From: an uncultured Gammaproteobacteria bacterium
GTDB lineage: Bacteria > Patescibacteriota > Patescibacteriia > Magasanikbacterales > GWA2-37-8
NCBI GenBank assembly: GCA_964634875.1
Contig: CAZWKA010000008.1
Location: 978-64,977 of the forward strand
Length of the DNA: 64,000 nucleotides
Reading direction: 5' to 3'
In this document: positions 10,531 through 20,112 of the stretch, piece by piece
Numbering within the stretch: position 1 is the stretch's first letter
Layout of the letters: every line of letters starts with the position of its first letter
Made by a program: the position numbers and the translations under genes
Notes under the pieces: generated by a model
What the model saw: only the letters and a program-made list of their open reading frames with translations
What the model was told of the DNA's origin: nothing
Database searches by the model: none

Positions 10531-11286
10531 TTATTGCTCTTTTAAAAAATTTTCCCAAATAGCGAAGGGAATAGTTCCTTCCACTTTTTCACCATTAATG
10601 AAAAAAGTCGGTGTCGCTCGCACCCCAAACTTGGCACCATCTACATAATCACGGTTAACTGCGGTCTGGGCATTAGAGGTAGCCAGGCAGCGTGCGAGAG
10701 AAGTTTGGTCAAGCTGGGTGGCGCCGACGAGCGTCGCCAGATCTGTTTCACTGAGCACTTCGGGCAACTCGGCTTGGTGGTCAAAAAAATAACGGAGTAC
10801 TGGCCAAAAACGACCTTGCTGCTGGCCACACCAAGCAATCTCAGAAAAACCTGAGGCTCCAGGGTGAGTACTTTCAACCGGGAAGTGACGGACAATGAGC
10901 TTGATTTTGCTACCGTACTTTTCAATGACTTGGCGCATGATTGGTTCGGCGGCAGCGCAATTAGGGCATTTGAGGTCGAGAAACTCTACGACCGTAACAG
11001 GTGCATCGCTCGCTCCCAGGTACGGGCTGTCCGAGCGTTCCAGATCAGCTCGATTGACGGTAACTGACCCGAAAACAGGGCTTGCTTGCTGACCACCAGC
11101 GGCACTTTTTCCGGAATAGACGGTGTTTTGAAGCTGCGCCCCGCGGCCACTCTTAATTTCCTTTAAATACGTATAGGTAACCGCTCCCAACACCCCAATA
11201 AAGACCAAAATAACGAACAAAATAATGCAGAGCATGATCCCCCACCACCGTAAATACCATGGTTTTACCGACCCAACTGTGTCCAT
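10531..11286 (-). CDS. DsbA-like thiol:disulfide oxidoreductase (membrane-anchored thioredoxin fold)
   Basis: N-terminal TM anchor and CPNC active site (..FLDLKCPNCAAAEP..). DsbA-family layout. Confidence 0.7.
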   Translation of the reverse strand: MDTVGSVKPWYLRWWGIMLCIILFVILVFIGVLGAVTYTYLKEIKSGRGAQLQNTVYSGKSAAGGQQASPVFGSVTVNRADLERSDSPYLGASDAPVTVVEFLDLKCPNCAAAEPIMRQVIEKYGSKIKLIVRHFPVESTHPGASGFSEIAWCGQQQGRFWPVLRYFFDHQAELPEVLSETDLATLVGATQLDQTSLARCLATSNAQTAVNRDYVDGAKFGVRATPTFFINGEKVEGTIPFAIWENFLKEQ

Positions 11287-11393
11287 AATCGCTAAAACGT
11301 GCCCTTAAAGCAGCCTAAGAACAGGCTATAATTACCCCAAGTATATACAAAACTTTTTGATTTGGCAACCCGCAGAGGGTGGGCTCGACATTA

Positions 11394-11422
11394 TTGACAG
11401 CTCCCCGGCTCTATGCTATACT
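11394..11422 (+). promoter_or_regulatory. Sigma70-like promoter (TTGACA-17-TATACT) for rpmE
   Basis: TTGACA at 11394-11399 and TATACT at 11417-11422, about 35 nt upstream of the rpmE ATG. Confidence 0.55.
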
Positions 11423-11458
11423 AATCGCACATTTAACCTGTGTTTAAGTCATAAGACT

Positions 11459-11761
11459 ATGAAGAAGGATATCCATCCAGAATATCATGTTGATGCGGTC
11501 GTTACCTGCGCCTGCGGCAATACTTTTGTAACCGGAAGCACTCTCAAAGAAATCCGCGTTGAATTATGCAGCGCTTGCCACCCTTTCTATACCGGTAAAC
11601 AGAAATTCGTCGACACCGCCCGTCGTGTTGAGAAATTCCAAGAACGCGCTGAAAAAATTTCAGCTGCCGCAGCCAGCCGTAAAGGCAAGAAGGTCAAAAA
11701 GGCCGCTACAGCTGCCAAGAAAAAAGCCAAAGCCGAAGCAGAGGCCAAAGACGCCAAGTAG
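11459..11761 (+). CDS. rpmE: 50S ribosomal protein L31 with Lys/Ala-rich C-terminal extension
   Basis: [36 protein letters not shown] is canonical L31 with a zinc ribbon. The upstream part of the track ORF (11357) overlaps the promoter, so the start is taken at 11459. A ~30-aa KA-rich tail follows. Confidence 0.85.
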   Translation: MKKDIHPEYHVDAVVTCACGNTFVTGSTLKEIRVELCSACHPFYTGKQKFVDTARRVEKFQERAEKISAAAASRKGKKVKKAATAAKKKAKAEAEAKDAK

Positions 11762-11775
11762 CTTTTATAATTCCA

Positions 11776-11816
11776 AAAAACAGACTATACTCTTCTTTAG
11801 GTAGTCTGTTTTTTCT
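11776..11816 (+). terminator. Rho-independent terminator
   Basis: Hairpin AACAGACUAUAC..GUAGUCUGUU followed by UUUUUU. Confidence 0.6.
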
Positions 11817-11918
11817 TAAAAATAAAAGCGCAAAACGAAAAGATAACAGATAAAAATATTCGAGTCGCTGTGGCGACACAATGTACTTTGAACTTTTCGC
11901 TTCAAACTTTAAGCTTCT

Positions 11919-12974
11919 ATGCTTCCTAAATACCAACAATTTCTCGACCGCTTCACAGAACTCGAAGCTAGTCTCCAAGATCCAGCTATTATTGGTAATA
12001 CCCAAAAATTAAAAACAATTTCCCAGGAATACAGTGACAGCAAAGAAGTAGCTGAAAAGATCAAAGAACTTGCTGGCCTCGAAAAGAGCCTGACGGAAAC
12101 TGATTTGATGGTAAACGCCGAGAGTGACCCCGAGATGCGCGCCCTTGGTGAAGTCGAACTATCGGAACTCCGCAATAAAATAAGTGAACTCGAAAATACC
12201 CTGGCTGACCTGACGCGGCCTCGAGACCCGCTCGACAAAAAAAATGTTATCGTTGAAATCCGCGCCGGTGTGGGTGGTGACGAATCGGCCCTCTTTGCCG
12301 CCGAACTTACTCGCATGTACCAACGCTACGCTGAGAACCAGGGCTGGAAAACAACACTGCTCGATAGCAACAAAATTGGGATTGGTGGCTACAAAGAGGT
12401 TATTTTTTCTGTGGCCGGACGCAGCGTGTATGCCGATCTCAAATATGAAATGGGCGTGCACCGCGTCCAGCGCGTGCCCGACACCGAAAAATCAGGTCGC
12501 ATCCATACATCAACAGTTACTGTTGCCGTACTCCCCGAAATCGAAGAAACCGAAATGAAAATTGAAGCCAAAGACCTCCGCATCGACACGTTCTGTTCTG
12601 GTGGCGCCGGCGGCCAAAGCGTCAACACTACGTACTCCGCCGTACGCATCGTACATATTCCAACCGGCACCATGGTGCAGTGCCAGGACGAACGCTCTCA
12701 AACTGCCAACAGAGAAAAAGCGATGGCTGTATTGCGTTCACGCCTCTACGAAATTGAACGGGAGAAGAAAGAAGCCGAACTCTCCGAAAAGCGTAAGAGC
12801 CAAATCGGCACCGGCGACCGCAGCGAAAAAATTCGCACGTATAACTTCCCACAGGATCGCATCAGTGACCACCGCATTCACCAAAACTGGAACAATATCA
12901 GCACCATCCTCGAAGGACACCTTGAACCTGTGATTAGCGCCCTTAAAGAAGCTGACCAGGCACTCGCCGAATAA
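11919..12974 (+). CDS. prfA: Peptide chain release factor 1
   Basis: GGQ motif ([12 protein letters not shown]) and an RF1-type PxT-region ([17 protein letters not shown]). Strong overall similarity to RF1. Confidence 0.9.
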   Translation: MLPKYQQFLDRFTELEASLQDPAIIGNTQKLKTISQEYSDSKEVAEKIKELAGLEKSLTETDLMVNAESDPEMRALGEVELSELRNKISELENTLADLTRPRDPLDKKNVIVEIRAGVGGDESALFAAELTRMYQRYAENQGWKTTLLDSNKIGIGGYKEVIFSVAGRSVYADLKYEMGVHRVQRVPDTEKSGRIHTSTVTVAVLPEIEETEMKIEAKDLRIDTFCSGGAGGQSVNTTYSAVRIVHIPTGTMVQCQDERSQTANREKAMAVLRSRLYEIEREKKEAELSEKRKSQIGTGDRSEKIRTYNFPQDRISDHRIHQNWNNISTILEGHLEPVISALKEADQALAE

Positions 12975-12978
12975 TAAT

Positions 12979-13872
12979 ATGGCGAGCATCCGCGCCCTCG
13001 AAAAAAACTATTTTAACCGAATCCCTGCTAACGATTTGGAGCTGCTCCTGTCTCTCGCGATCAGGCGGCCAAAGGAATTTATTTTTACCCATCCGGAGTA
13101 CTGTTTGTCGGCCAGCGAAACGCTCCGGTTTTTTTATTTACGCTTTCGGTACAACCAAGGATATTCGATTGCCATGCTCCGCGGCCACAAAGAATTCTGC
13201 GGCCTTGATTTTTTGGTTACTAAAGACACCCTTATTCCCCGTCCCGATACAGAGCTCATGGTCGAAACAGTACTTGAGAAAATAAAAACACTTCCCGACA
13301 ATGTACTGCTTATTGATGTCGGTACCGGCACCGGCTGCATTCCTATCTCGATCATAAAAGCACTAGAACACAAAAACCTGCCTACCAACCGGGCAAGCAT
13401 TAAAACAATTGGTACGGATATTTCAGGGCCAGCACTTCGCGTCGCCAACAAGAACGCCAAAAACCACACCGCCGCCATCGACTTTCTACAAGGCAACCTT
13501 CTCGAGCCAATCTTCAGCAATATATCAACGAAACAATATATAAACGAAACCATCATCATTACCGCCAACCTCCCCTATCTCACGAACGAGCAATACCAAC
13601 AGGAAAAAAGTATTTGGCGCGAGCCTAAGGGGGCGCTCGTGGCCGCCGAAAACGGCCTGGCGTTCTACCGAGCATTATTCGAGCAAATTACCTGCAGATT
13701 ACTTCCCCGCTACAAAAATAAGCTCTCGCTATACTGCGAGATTGATCCCAGCCAAAGCACTGCGATTACGACCCTCATAAAAAAGTACCTGCCGTTGGCA
13801 AGTACTGAAATACGTAAAGATTTAGGAGGACACGACCGACTGGTGTGCATCAACCTCCCGACTCGAGACTAA
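12979..13872 (+). CDS. prmC: Release-factor glutamine N5-methyltransferase PrmC/HemK
   Basis: SAM-binding DVGTGTGCI and an (N/D)PPY-like catalytic motif TANLPYL. Immediately downstream of prfA, the conserved operon arrangement. Confidence 0.8.
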   Translation: MASIRALEKNYFNRIPANDLELLLSLAIRRPKEFIFTHPEYCLSASETLRFFYLRFRYNQGYSIAMLRGHKEFCGLDFLVTKDTLIPRPDTELMVETVLEKIKTLPDNVLLIDVGTGTGCIPISIIKALEHKNLPTNRASIKTIGTDISGPALRVANKNAKNHTAAIDFLQGNLLEPIFSNISTKQYINETIIITANLPYLTNEQYQQEKSIWREPKGALVAAENGLAFYRALFEQITCRLLPRYKNKLSLYCEIDPSQSTAITTLIKKYLPLASTEIRKDLGGHDRLVCINLPTRD

Positions 13873-14923
13873 TCACTGCTTCCGGCGGCACGACTTGAAT
13901 CCAAATATGTCCGGGCGTCAAAGCAATTTCTTGGCCACCTTCATCATAAAAACGCGTACGACTATCTAAACTTGTTTTTTTCCATGTACCCCGGACAAGT
14001 GCTCCACGCTTCAAGACCAGCGCATCCCCGTTACTCACCGTGGTGATAGCGAGCCGCCCCTCGTTATCGAGGACTTTTTTATCTGTATTCATAAAAACGA
14101 CTGAGTCTGCTTCAACCCGCTCGCCACCCCTGAGGAGCATTGGCCGGTTATTGAGCGAACGGACAAAACGACCCGTTGAGGTAACAACCTCCCAGGAAAT
14201 AGCATAGGACGATGTGTAGCGCAGGCTCACCGCGCTTGGCAAAGGGGTTTGTCCAGGAGCCGGCTCATTGCCAGGCATATCAAATTTCCACCCCTCCCAC
14301 GAAACCGTCGGAGACGGGCGCGTGCTTTGTTTTTTGGTTAAAATATTTTGCCAGCCTTCTTGGTTGGTAAACAAATTGTGCGGCGCAGGACGCCCGCGGT
14401 CGCGCCAAAAATATTGCCCAAAATAAAATTCATTAGCATCAAACACGTCGCGAGTTTGAATTAAACGAAGTGCCTCGGGAGAACCGCCGCTGTGCACATA
14501 CAGGGCATCGCCATATTCATGAAGCCAGTCCAAAAAATACGGGCGAGCGCTTCTGACCGGACCCACTTCTACCACCGGCTCAGCAGCATTAAACAACGCA
14601 AAATAACGAGTAATACTCCCCTCAACCGGCGCTTCATAAACGATACTAGCTTGGTTGAGACCGGATTGCGGGCGGGCACCCGAGTTATTGTCGATCATTA
14701 CCCCGACCACTGTGGGGCGCACCTCAGCCTCAAACGCAACCGGCAAACCACTGAGGACACTGTAAAAACGAGTTTCTGAAGGCTGGCTATCGATCTTTTT
14801 TATTAAAAGCGAAGAGCCCCGTTGGCTGAGGTACACAACAACCACCGTTACTATAACCAGCACGGCCAACACTGCCCCCCAAACCCACAAAAATTTTCGA
14901 GAACGTATAAAAGAAAAATTCAT
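13850..14923 (-). CDS. DUF3048-family (YerB-like) secreted/lipoprotein-like protein
   Basis: N-terminal TM segment. Motif ..GVMIDNNSGARPQSGLNQASIVYEAPVEGSITRYFALF.. resembles the DUF3048 N-domain (from memory). Confidence 0.5.
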   Translation of the reverse strand: MNFSFIRSRKFLWVWGAVLAVLVIVTVVVVYLSQRGSSLLIKKIDSQPSETRFYSVLSGLPVAFEAEVRPTVVGVMIDNNSGARPQSGLNQASIVYEAPVEGSITRYFALFNAAEPVVEVGPVRSARPYFLDWLHEYGDALYVHSGGSPEALRLIQTRDVFDANEFYFGQYFWRDRGRPAPHNLFTNQEGWQNILTKKQSTRPSPTVSWEGWKFDMPGNEPAPGQTPLPSAVSLRYTSSYAISWEVVTSTGRFVRSLNNRPMLLRGGERVEADSVVFMNTDKKVLDNEGRLAITTVSNGDALVLKRGALVRGTWKKTSLDSRTRFYDEGGQEIALTPGHIWIQVVPPEAVISLESGG

Positions 14924-14998
14924 ATTTTTGAGTATACCACACCAACAGCTTCGTGGCCAAAAAAATAGAGCGCAGCGCGCTCTATTTTTAAAGGGTAA

Positions 14999-15694
14999 TT
15001 ATTTCTTTTCTTCCTCTTTCTTTTCGCCATCAGCTGGAGCAGCTTCTGCACCTTCTTCGTCCTCTTTCTTCTTCTTAGCGGATTCAATCTTGCTAAGATC
15101 AACTGCGCTCGTGCCGGCTTCTTCCATTTTCTTCAACTCTTCTTCAGTGATAGCCGGAGTCGCTTTGACGACCAGGTCATTTTCACTTGGTGAAGTGATC
15201 TCAACACCATCTGGACGCTTGATGTCTTTAACTTTGATTGCGTCGTCAAATGAATTCAAACCGGACAAATCAATTTCAATCATGGATACCAAATCTTTCG
15301 GCAAACAGCGCACCTCAACCGTACTGACATTAGTAACGACTGTACCACCCTGGGCCTTAACAACTGGAGATTCGCCAACAAACTTCAATTCAACTGTAGC
15401 CGTCATCGGCTTGGTCATATCAATGCGGCGCAGGTCAACATGGATGACACGGTCTTTGACAGGGTCAAGCTGAACAGCTTGGATAAGAGCCTTGCCAGCA
15501 TCTTTACCATCAATGGTGAGATCGATAAGACTAGCTTCACCAGCAGATTTATATAATTTTACAAACGCTGGAAAATCAACTGCAATTGACTGGGGCTCAA
15601 GAGCGGCGCCATAAAGCACAGCTGGAATTTGTCCCTGTTCACGCGTGGTATCTCCTCGAGTCGTTCGAGTCTGTGCTACAAGCGAATACGTCAT
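14999..15694 (-). CDS. rplY: 50S ribosomal protein L25 / general stress protein Ctc, with acidic-Lys C-terminal tail
   Basis: N-terminus ..AQTRTTRGDTTREQGQIPAVLYG.. is the L25/Ctc signature. 231 aa with a KE-rich tail. Confidence 0.8.
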   Translation of the reverse strand: MTYSLVAQTRTTRGDTTREQGQIPAVLYGAALEPQSIAVDFPAFVKLYKSAGEASLIDLTIDGKDAGKALIQAVQLDPVKDRVIHVDLRRIDMTKPMTATVELKFVGESPVVKAQGGTVVTNVSTVEVRCLPKDLVSMIEIDLSGLNSFDDAIKVKDIKRPDGVEITSPSENDLVVKATPAITEEELKKMEEAGTSAVDLSKIESAKKKKEDEEGAEAAPADGEKKEEEKK

Positions 15695-15704
15695 ATAAAA
15701 ATTT

Positions 15705-16079
15705 CTACTTGAGAATTAATGAGTTAAACAAATGCTTATTTTGAATGACCTGAAAACCGCTGATCGCCTCGTTCATAGTAATCGGTTCAGCTTTATAGAG
15801 ACGGCGGGCGTCTTCGAGGCTCAAGTCAGTTACCATACCGACAGAGCTAAAACCTTGGCCAAGCATCAAAATCATCGCTACAAAGTAGCTTTGGCATTTT
15901 TGGCACGTTAAATGCACCAAACTGGCGGCTTCGTTTTTACCAAACAAAGTGGCTTGCTCCGGGGTATAGCTTGAGGAGCAAATCGGGCATTTATTGATAA
16001 ATTTTAAAGCCTCGCGCCAGGAATCTGTCTGTGGCTGGGGTATCTGCATAAGGCAGTAATATACTAGTAAATTAAACAA
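15705..16079 (-). CDS. Small zinc-ribbon protein (hypothetical)
   Basis: CPICSS..(27 aa)..CQKCQ: two CxxC pairs. Start probably at the internal MQIPQP. Confidence 0.35.
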   Translation of the reverse strand: MFNLLVYYCLMQIPQPQTDSWREALKFINKCPICSSSYTPEQATLFGKNEAASLVHLTCQKCQSYFVAMILMLGQGFSSVGMVTDLSLEDARRLYKAEPITMNEAISGFQVIQNKHLFNSLILK

Positions 16080-16138
16080 AAAGTGTCAAGGCTTAGGCAA
16101 GCCTCGTACACTCCAACCTTGTAGCTACCCCAACTCGC

Positions 16139-16606
16139 CTAGGACAGCGCTGCCAAATCCTGGAGCACCTCGTCAGCATGCGCTTTGGGCTTTACATTTT
16201 CGTATGTTTTAGCGATTTTTCCCGCCCCATCTATCAAAAACGAAGTCCGAAGGACGCCGTCATACTCACGCCCCAGAAACTTCTTCCGTGCCCAGACGCC
16301 ATAGGCCTTGACTACCACCTTGTCCTCATCGGCCAGAATGGTAAACGGCAGTTGAAACTTATCGGTAAATTTTTTATGGCTTTTGACTGTGTCTGGGCTA
16401 ATTCCCAGTATAACCAACCCTTCTTTTTTGAACTTGGGCAGATTGTCCCGAAAGTTGCAGGCTTCGGTGGTACAACCCGGCGTATCGTCTTTGGGGTAAA
16501 AATAAACCAAAACGTACTGACCCCGATAATCGGCCAGAGAGTGTTCTTTCCCCTCGCTATCACGAAGCGTGAAATCCGGGGCAATTGTTGGAGGCAGTAA
16601 AACCAT
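16139..16606 (-). CDS. bcp: Peroxiredoxin Bcp (thiol peroxidase)
   Basis: YFYPKDDTPGCTTEA active-site motif of the Bcp/PrxQ family. 155 aa. Confidence 0.85.
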   Translation of the reverse strand: MVLLPPTIAPDFTLRDSEGKEHSLADYRGQYVLVYFYPKDDTPGCTTEACNFRDNLPKFKKEGLVILGISPDTVKSHKKFTDKFQLPFTILADEDKVVVKAYGVWARKKFLGREYDGVLRTSFLIDGAGKIAKTYENVKPKAHADEVLQDLAALS

Positions 16607-16661
16607 AGCGTCATCATTAATACAAGTAGTATAACGCGCCCCGTTTAATCTGACAAATACC

Positions 16662-17468
16662 TTATTTGCCTAAAATTTGGGTTGCCCAAAAAACCGTGAC
16701 CGTAGCTGCCGTTTCGGCACGAAGCATGGTTTTGCCCAAACTAACGACTACGGCTCCTGCTGCCCGCGCTTCAGCTACTTCAGTAGGCGTAAAACCTCCC
16801 TCTGGGCCAATAAATAAAGCAATGGGCCGGCCGGCCGGTGGAACATCAATTTCGTGAAGCTCTTTTCCGTCTTGGGCAAAAAAATAAATCTGACTATCTT
16901 TAGCTTGAGCAAGTGCGCTGCTCAAGGGTACCGACTCCCTTAGCTCGGGGACAATACTTTGCTCAGACTGCTCCGCCGCCTCAGTGCTAATCCGCTTGAG
17001 CCGTTCTTCATTCAGCCCTAGTTTCACGGTACGTTCCGAAATAAACGGCGCAATAGCACTGACCCCAAGCTCGGTCGTCTTTTCAACCAGGAATTCGAAC
17101 GAATCTCTTTTTAGTATCGCAGCATATAACGTAACAGGTGTACGCGGACGCCAATCCTGAGCTTGCTCGAGAATGTGACCGATCACAACATCATCTGTCA
17201 GCGTGCCTACACGTACCAGAAACTCAGCCCCCTCACCATCGGCCAAAATTATTTTTTCACCAACGACTATTTTGAGAACGTCTTTAATATGATGGATAAC
17301 TTTTGTATCCACAACCCGTACTTCGTCCCCCGCCACTTCGAGCGGACCAATAAAATGATGGAGTTTCATACAATTATTTAATACTTCTTTTACTTCGATT
17401 AAATGTAATTGCAAACCGGTGCGCCTCATCGCGTACCCGCACCAATAAACTGCGGTGTTCGTCGACAA
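16662..17468 (-). CDS. rsmE: 16S rRNA (uracil1498-N3)-methyltransferase RsmE
   Basis: SPOUT C-terminal motifs LFIGPEGGFTPTEV and LGKTMLRAETA. The N-terminal extent is uncertain (overlaps the uvrC 3' end); a start near MKLHHFIG is likely. Confidence 0.7.
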   Translation of the reverse strand: MSTNTAVYWCGYAMRRTGLQLHLIEVKEVLNNCMKLHHFIGPLEVAGDEVRVVDTKVIHHIKDVLKIVVGEKIILADGEGAEFLVRVGTLTDDVVIGHILEQAQDWRPRTPVTLYAAILKRDSFEFLVEKTTELGVSAIAPFISERTVKLGLNEERLKRISTEAAEQSEQSIVPELRESVPLSSALAQAKDSQIYFFAQDGKELHEIDVPPAGRPIALFIGPEGGFTPTEVAEARAAGAVVVSLGKTMLRAETAATVTVFWATQILGK

Positions 17469-18651
17469 ACCCGATAAACGCGGGCGTCAAAGTACCCAAA
17501 ATAAAATCATTCCGCTTACGCTCCGGACCCTTTGCAATGCCCACAACCGGGATAGTGATCTGGCGCTCGCCTAAAACCTGGTTAACTTTATTAACTTGTG
17601 GTCGCCCCCCATCGATCAAAAATAAATCGGGTAAAGGCCACTCCGGATGATTGAGCCGTCGATTAATAACTTCCGCGAGCGAGTCAACATCGCTTTGTCC
17701 TTCAACGGTTTTAATTGTAAACTTCCGGTACTGGCTTGAGACCGGTCCGCTGTTATCAAACACGACCATGCTCCCCACTTTATCAACCTTACCCAGATTA
17801 GAAATATCATACCCTTCGATACGCAGACGTTTACTGCCAGGCTCGCTCGTCGCCGTGTCCGCATAAAAACTATTATTGAGGAGCGCGACATCATGGATGC
17901 GGTAGAGTGATTGCAATTGATTACGCAGGCGTGCCGCAGTTTCAAAATTTTGAGCTTTACTCGCGAGCTTCATTTGCTTTTCAAACTCTTTCACAACTTG
18001 TTTTTTCTTACCATCCAAAAATAAACTGAGGGGACGGATAACCAATTCCTGATACTCCTTTGCAGTGATCGTACCCATACACACCCCCAAGCACTGATCA
18101 ATCTCATAATAAAAACAAGGCCGCCCGACGCCCGGCTCACAGGTTGAAAAACAAAATAACTGACGCAATAATTTGAGCGTTGCTTTGGCATTAAGCCCTG
18201 GGAACGGACCGAAAATTTTTGTGTATTTATTTTTAATTTCAGTGCGGGTCATTGCTTCCAGGTCATGTTCGCGCGCGGTGCGCAGGGACGGAAAAATATC
18301 TTTAGTCAGCACCAAATAATTCCAACTCTTATCATCTTTACCGAGCACGTTATACTTAGGGTGGAAACGCCGGATCGACAAAGCTTCCAAAATAATTGCT
18401 TCCAGTACTGAATCAGTTTGTCGATAATCAATTTTAACAACCTCATGAATCATTTCTTCAATAGGCCGCGGCGTACGCTTCCCACGGAAGTAACTCCGGA
18501 CTCGACTGCGTAGCGAGGTGGCTTTGCCAACATAGAGCAATTCTTTGTTTTTGCCATAATACAAATAAATCCCTGGAGTGTCGGGGAGCTGGGTCGGGTC
18601 GCTCAAATACTCTTCAAGAAGTAACGCCATAGGATATGAATAGTATAACAA
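17374..18651 (-). CDS. uvrC: Excinuclease ABC subunit C, short form (GIY-YIG + Cys-rich + RNase H-like; no obvious HhH tail)
   Basis: GIY-YIG motif (PGIYLYYGKNKELLYVGKATSLRSRVRSYFR), UvrC Cys motif (RPCFYYEIDQCLGVC), and C-terminal ..IDGGRPQ... 425 aa, shorter than the usual ~600. Confidence 0.7.
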   Translation of the reverse strand: MLYYSYPMALLLEEYLSDPTQLPDTPGIYLYYGKNKELLYVGKATSLRSRVRSYFRGKRTPRPIEEMIHEVVKIDYRQTDSVLEAIILEALSIRRFHPKYNVLGKDDKSWNYLVLTKDIFPSLRTAREHDLEAMTRTEIKNKYTKIFGPFPGLNAKATLKLLRQLFCFSTCEPGVGRPCFYYEIDQCLGVCMGTITAKEYQELVIRPLSLFLDGKKKQVVKEFEKQMKLASKAQNFETAARLRNQLQSLYRIHDVALLNNSFYADTATSEPGSKRLRIEGYDISNLGKVDKVGSMVVFDNSGPVSSQYRKFTIKTVEGQSDVDSLAEVINRRLNHPEWPLPDLFLIDGGRPQVNKVNQVLGERQITIPVVGIAKGPERKRNDFILGTLTPAFIGFVDEHRSLLVRVRDEAHRFAITFNRSKRSIK

Positions 18652-18717
18652 AAAACTGGCACTTGAAAAGCAATAAGGTTCCTGGTAGGGTCAAAGCAAC
18701 TCACGAAGGAGAGCGCC

Positions 18718-19182
18718 ATGTCTCGAGCCGTCAGTATCGCAACTACCTTGACCAGCCTCCTCATTGGCGGGTGTAGCTTCACCACCCCTGCTACGGCACC
18801 GCCAAGTGATCCATTCTCGATGTGCGACGCCAACGAGGTCTGCCTCGCGATCGAGCTCCGGACACCGAACAGCACGCCGAATCGCTTCGAACAGTGTGAC
18901 AGCATCAGCGGAACAGCCATCGCGACCGATTGTGACGGTGCGACCATCAAGATGGCCGACCTCAAGATCGGGGCGCCGAAGTGTGTGATACCAGCCTACT
19001 GGACGATTCACGTCCCGCCGCTCTCCTGTCTACTCACATTCGATATCACCGCCGAAGCGTTCCTGAGCGAGAACAGCGAGTTCGTCACTGGCGTAGAACG
19101 TATTGCCGACATCGGACCAACCCAGCTCGACGGCCGGGAGCGTACCAAAATTCAGATGGTTCTTACCTCCAGCGCCAAGTAG
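18718..19182 (+). CDS. Lipoprotein (hypothetical), high-GC foreign-looking gene
   Basis: Signal peptide plus lipobox LLIGGC. SD AAGGAGAG 6 nt before the ATG, and a TTGAAA-17-TAGGGT promoter-like sequence upstream. GC about 58-60% vs ~46% in flanks. Confidence 0.55.
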   Translation: MSRAVSIATTLTSLLIGGCSFTTPATAPPSDPFSMCDANEVCLAIELRTPNSTPNRFEQCDSISGTAIATDCDGATIKMADLKIGAPKCVIPAYWTIHVPPLSCLLTFDITAEAFLSENSEFVTGVERIADIGPTQLDGRERTKIQMVLTSSAK

Positions 19183-19254
19183 CCCCCCCTGTTAGCGTGG
19201 AGCGAGAAAAATTTTCACTTCTCGCTCCACCCCCTCCCTCATACTAAAAATAAA

Positions 19255-19283
19255 AAACTCCTGACACCGGGAGTTTTTTTATT
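19255..19283 (+). terminator. Rho-independent terminator
   Basis: Hairpin AACUCCUG-ACACC-GGGAGUU followed by UUUUUUU. Confidence 0.6.
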
Positions 19284-19385
19284 CTGTTCCTCAATACTTT
19301 TTTTAAAAGTGCTAAGGAACATCGGCCAGGCGCGAATCGAATCGCGGCCTGACCGGAAACCCTGCGGGTGCAGGGTGTGGGAAAG

Positions 19386-19853
19386 TTATTTCTTGCGAAG
19401 GGCGGCGTGGTAGGCGCCGTCGACCTGCACCGTGCAGATCATCTTGACGGTGGTTGCGCCAGTATAGTAGGTGCTTCCGACTTCGATTCGCTCCGAAGCC
19501 ATCATCCCCATCTCCCCCGTGGCGAGCGAGTGGATCTGCTCACCCGCCTTGCAGATCAGAAGCCCGATCTGGTGCGGACGCGAATCGCTCGCATCACTTC
19601 CATACAGGAGAGCGAGCTTTTCGCCATCGGGGATATTCCGCACCGTGACCCACGCCAGCTGCTCGGGGATAAGCCCGGTGGCGGTAAAATCGGCGTAGTA
19701 GTAATCCTCGAGCTTAGAGTCGTAGATCGGAATCGGCTCGAGCACCTCACCGCAGCCAACGAGCGCGAGAGCGACGAAGGCGAAGGTGGCGATGCGGGCG
19801 GAGACGGAAGCAAACTTCTTGTTCATGACTTTGGACTCCTGGGACGAAAACAC
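19386..19853 (-). CDS. Lipoprotein (hypothetical), high-GC foreign-looking gene
   Basis: Signal peptide plus lipobox ALVGCG. AGGAG SD 9 nt upstream on the minus strand. High GC. No domain recognised. Confidence 0.55.
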   Translation of the reverse strand: MFSSQESKVMNKKFASVSARIATFAFVALALVGCGEVLEPIPIYDSKLEDYYYADFTATGLIPEQLAWVTVRNIPDGEKLALLYGSDASDSRPHQIGLLICKAGEQIHSLATGEMGMMASERIEVGSTYYTGATTVKMICTVQVDGAYHAALRKK

Positions 19854-20058
19854 GCGTATCCGACGCGTGACGGGTCAAGGCGATACCGTGCGCAGAGCAA
19901 AGCAAATTTCGCTCTCCTCTGCGCACAGAATACACTACACCCAATTGTAAAGAACAAAAAACCTGCGGCTTTTGCCTACAGGATGCCTCAGCATAGCACA
20001 CTTTTAGGCTTTTGTCAAGGGATACACGGAATATTTTGGCTAAAATGAGCCAAAATAC

Positions 20059-20092
20059 CAAAACGGAGCTTGGTCACAAGCTCCGTTTTAGC
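20059..20092 (-). terminator. Rho-independent terminator downstream of the uvrA paralog
   Basis: 13-bp stem AAAACGGAGCUUG..CAAGCUCCGUUUU with a U-rich tract following on the minus strand. Confidence 0.55.
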
Positions 20093-20112
20093 CAATAATC
20101 GACAACTAACCA

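Noticed and set aside
14928-15473. 181-aa ORF antisense to rplY
   Set aside because: Same reasoning: a low-complexity Ser/Phe-rich product opposite a well-supported L25 gene.
19368-20048. 226-aa ORF on the + strand antisense to the second lipoprotein gene
   Set aside because: It has no SD or promoter and an Arg/Gly-rich translation typical of high-GC antisense frames. The opposite-strand gene has a proper SD, signal peptide and lipobox.
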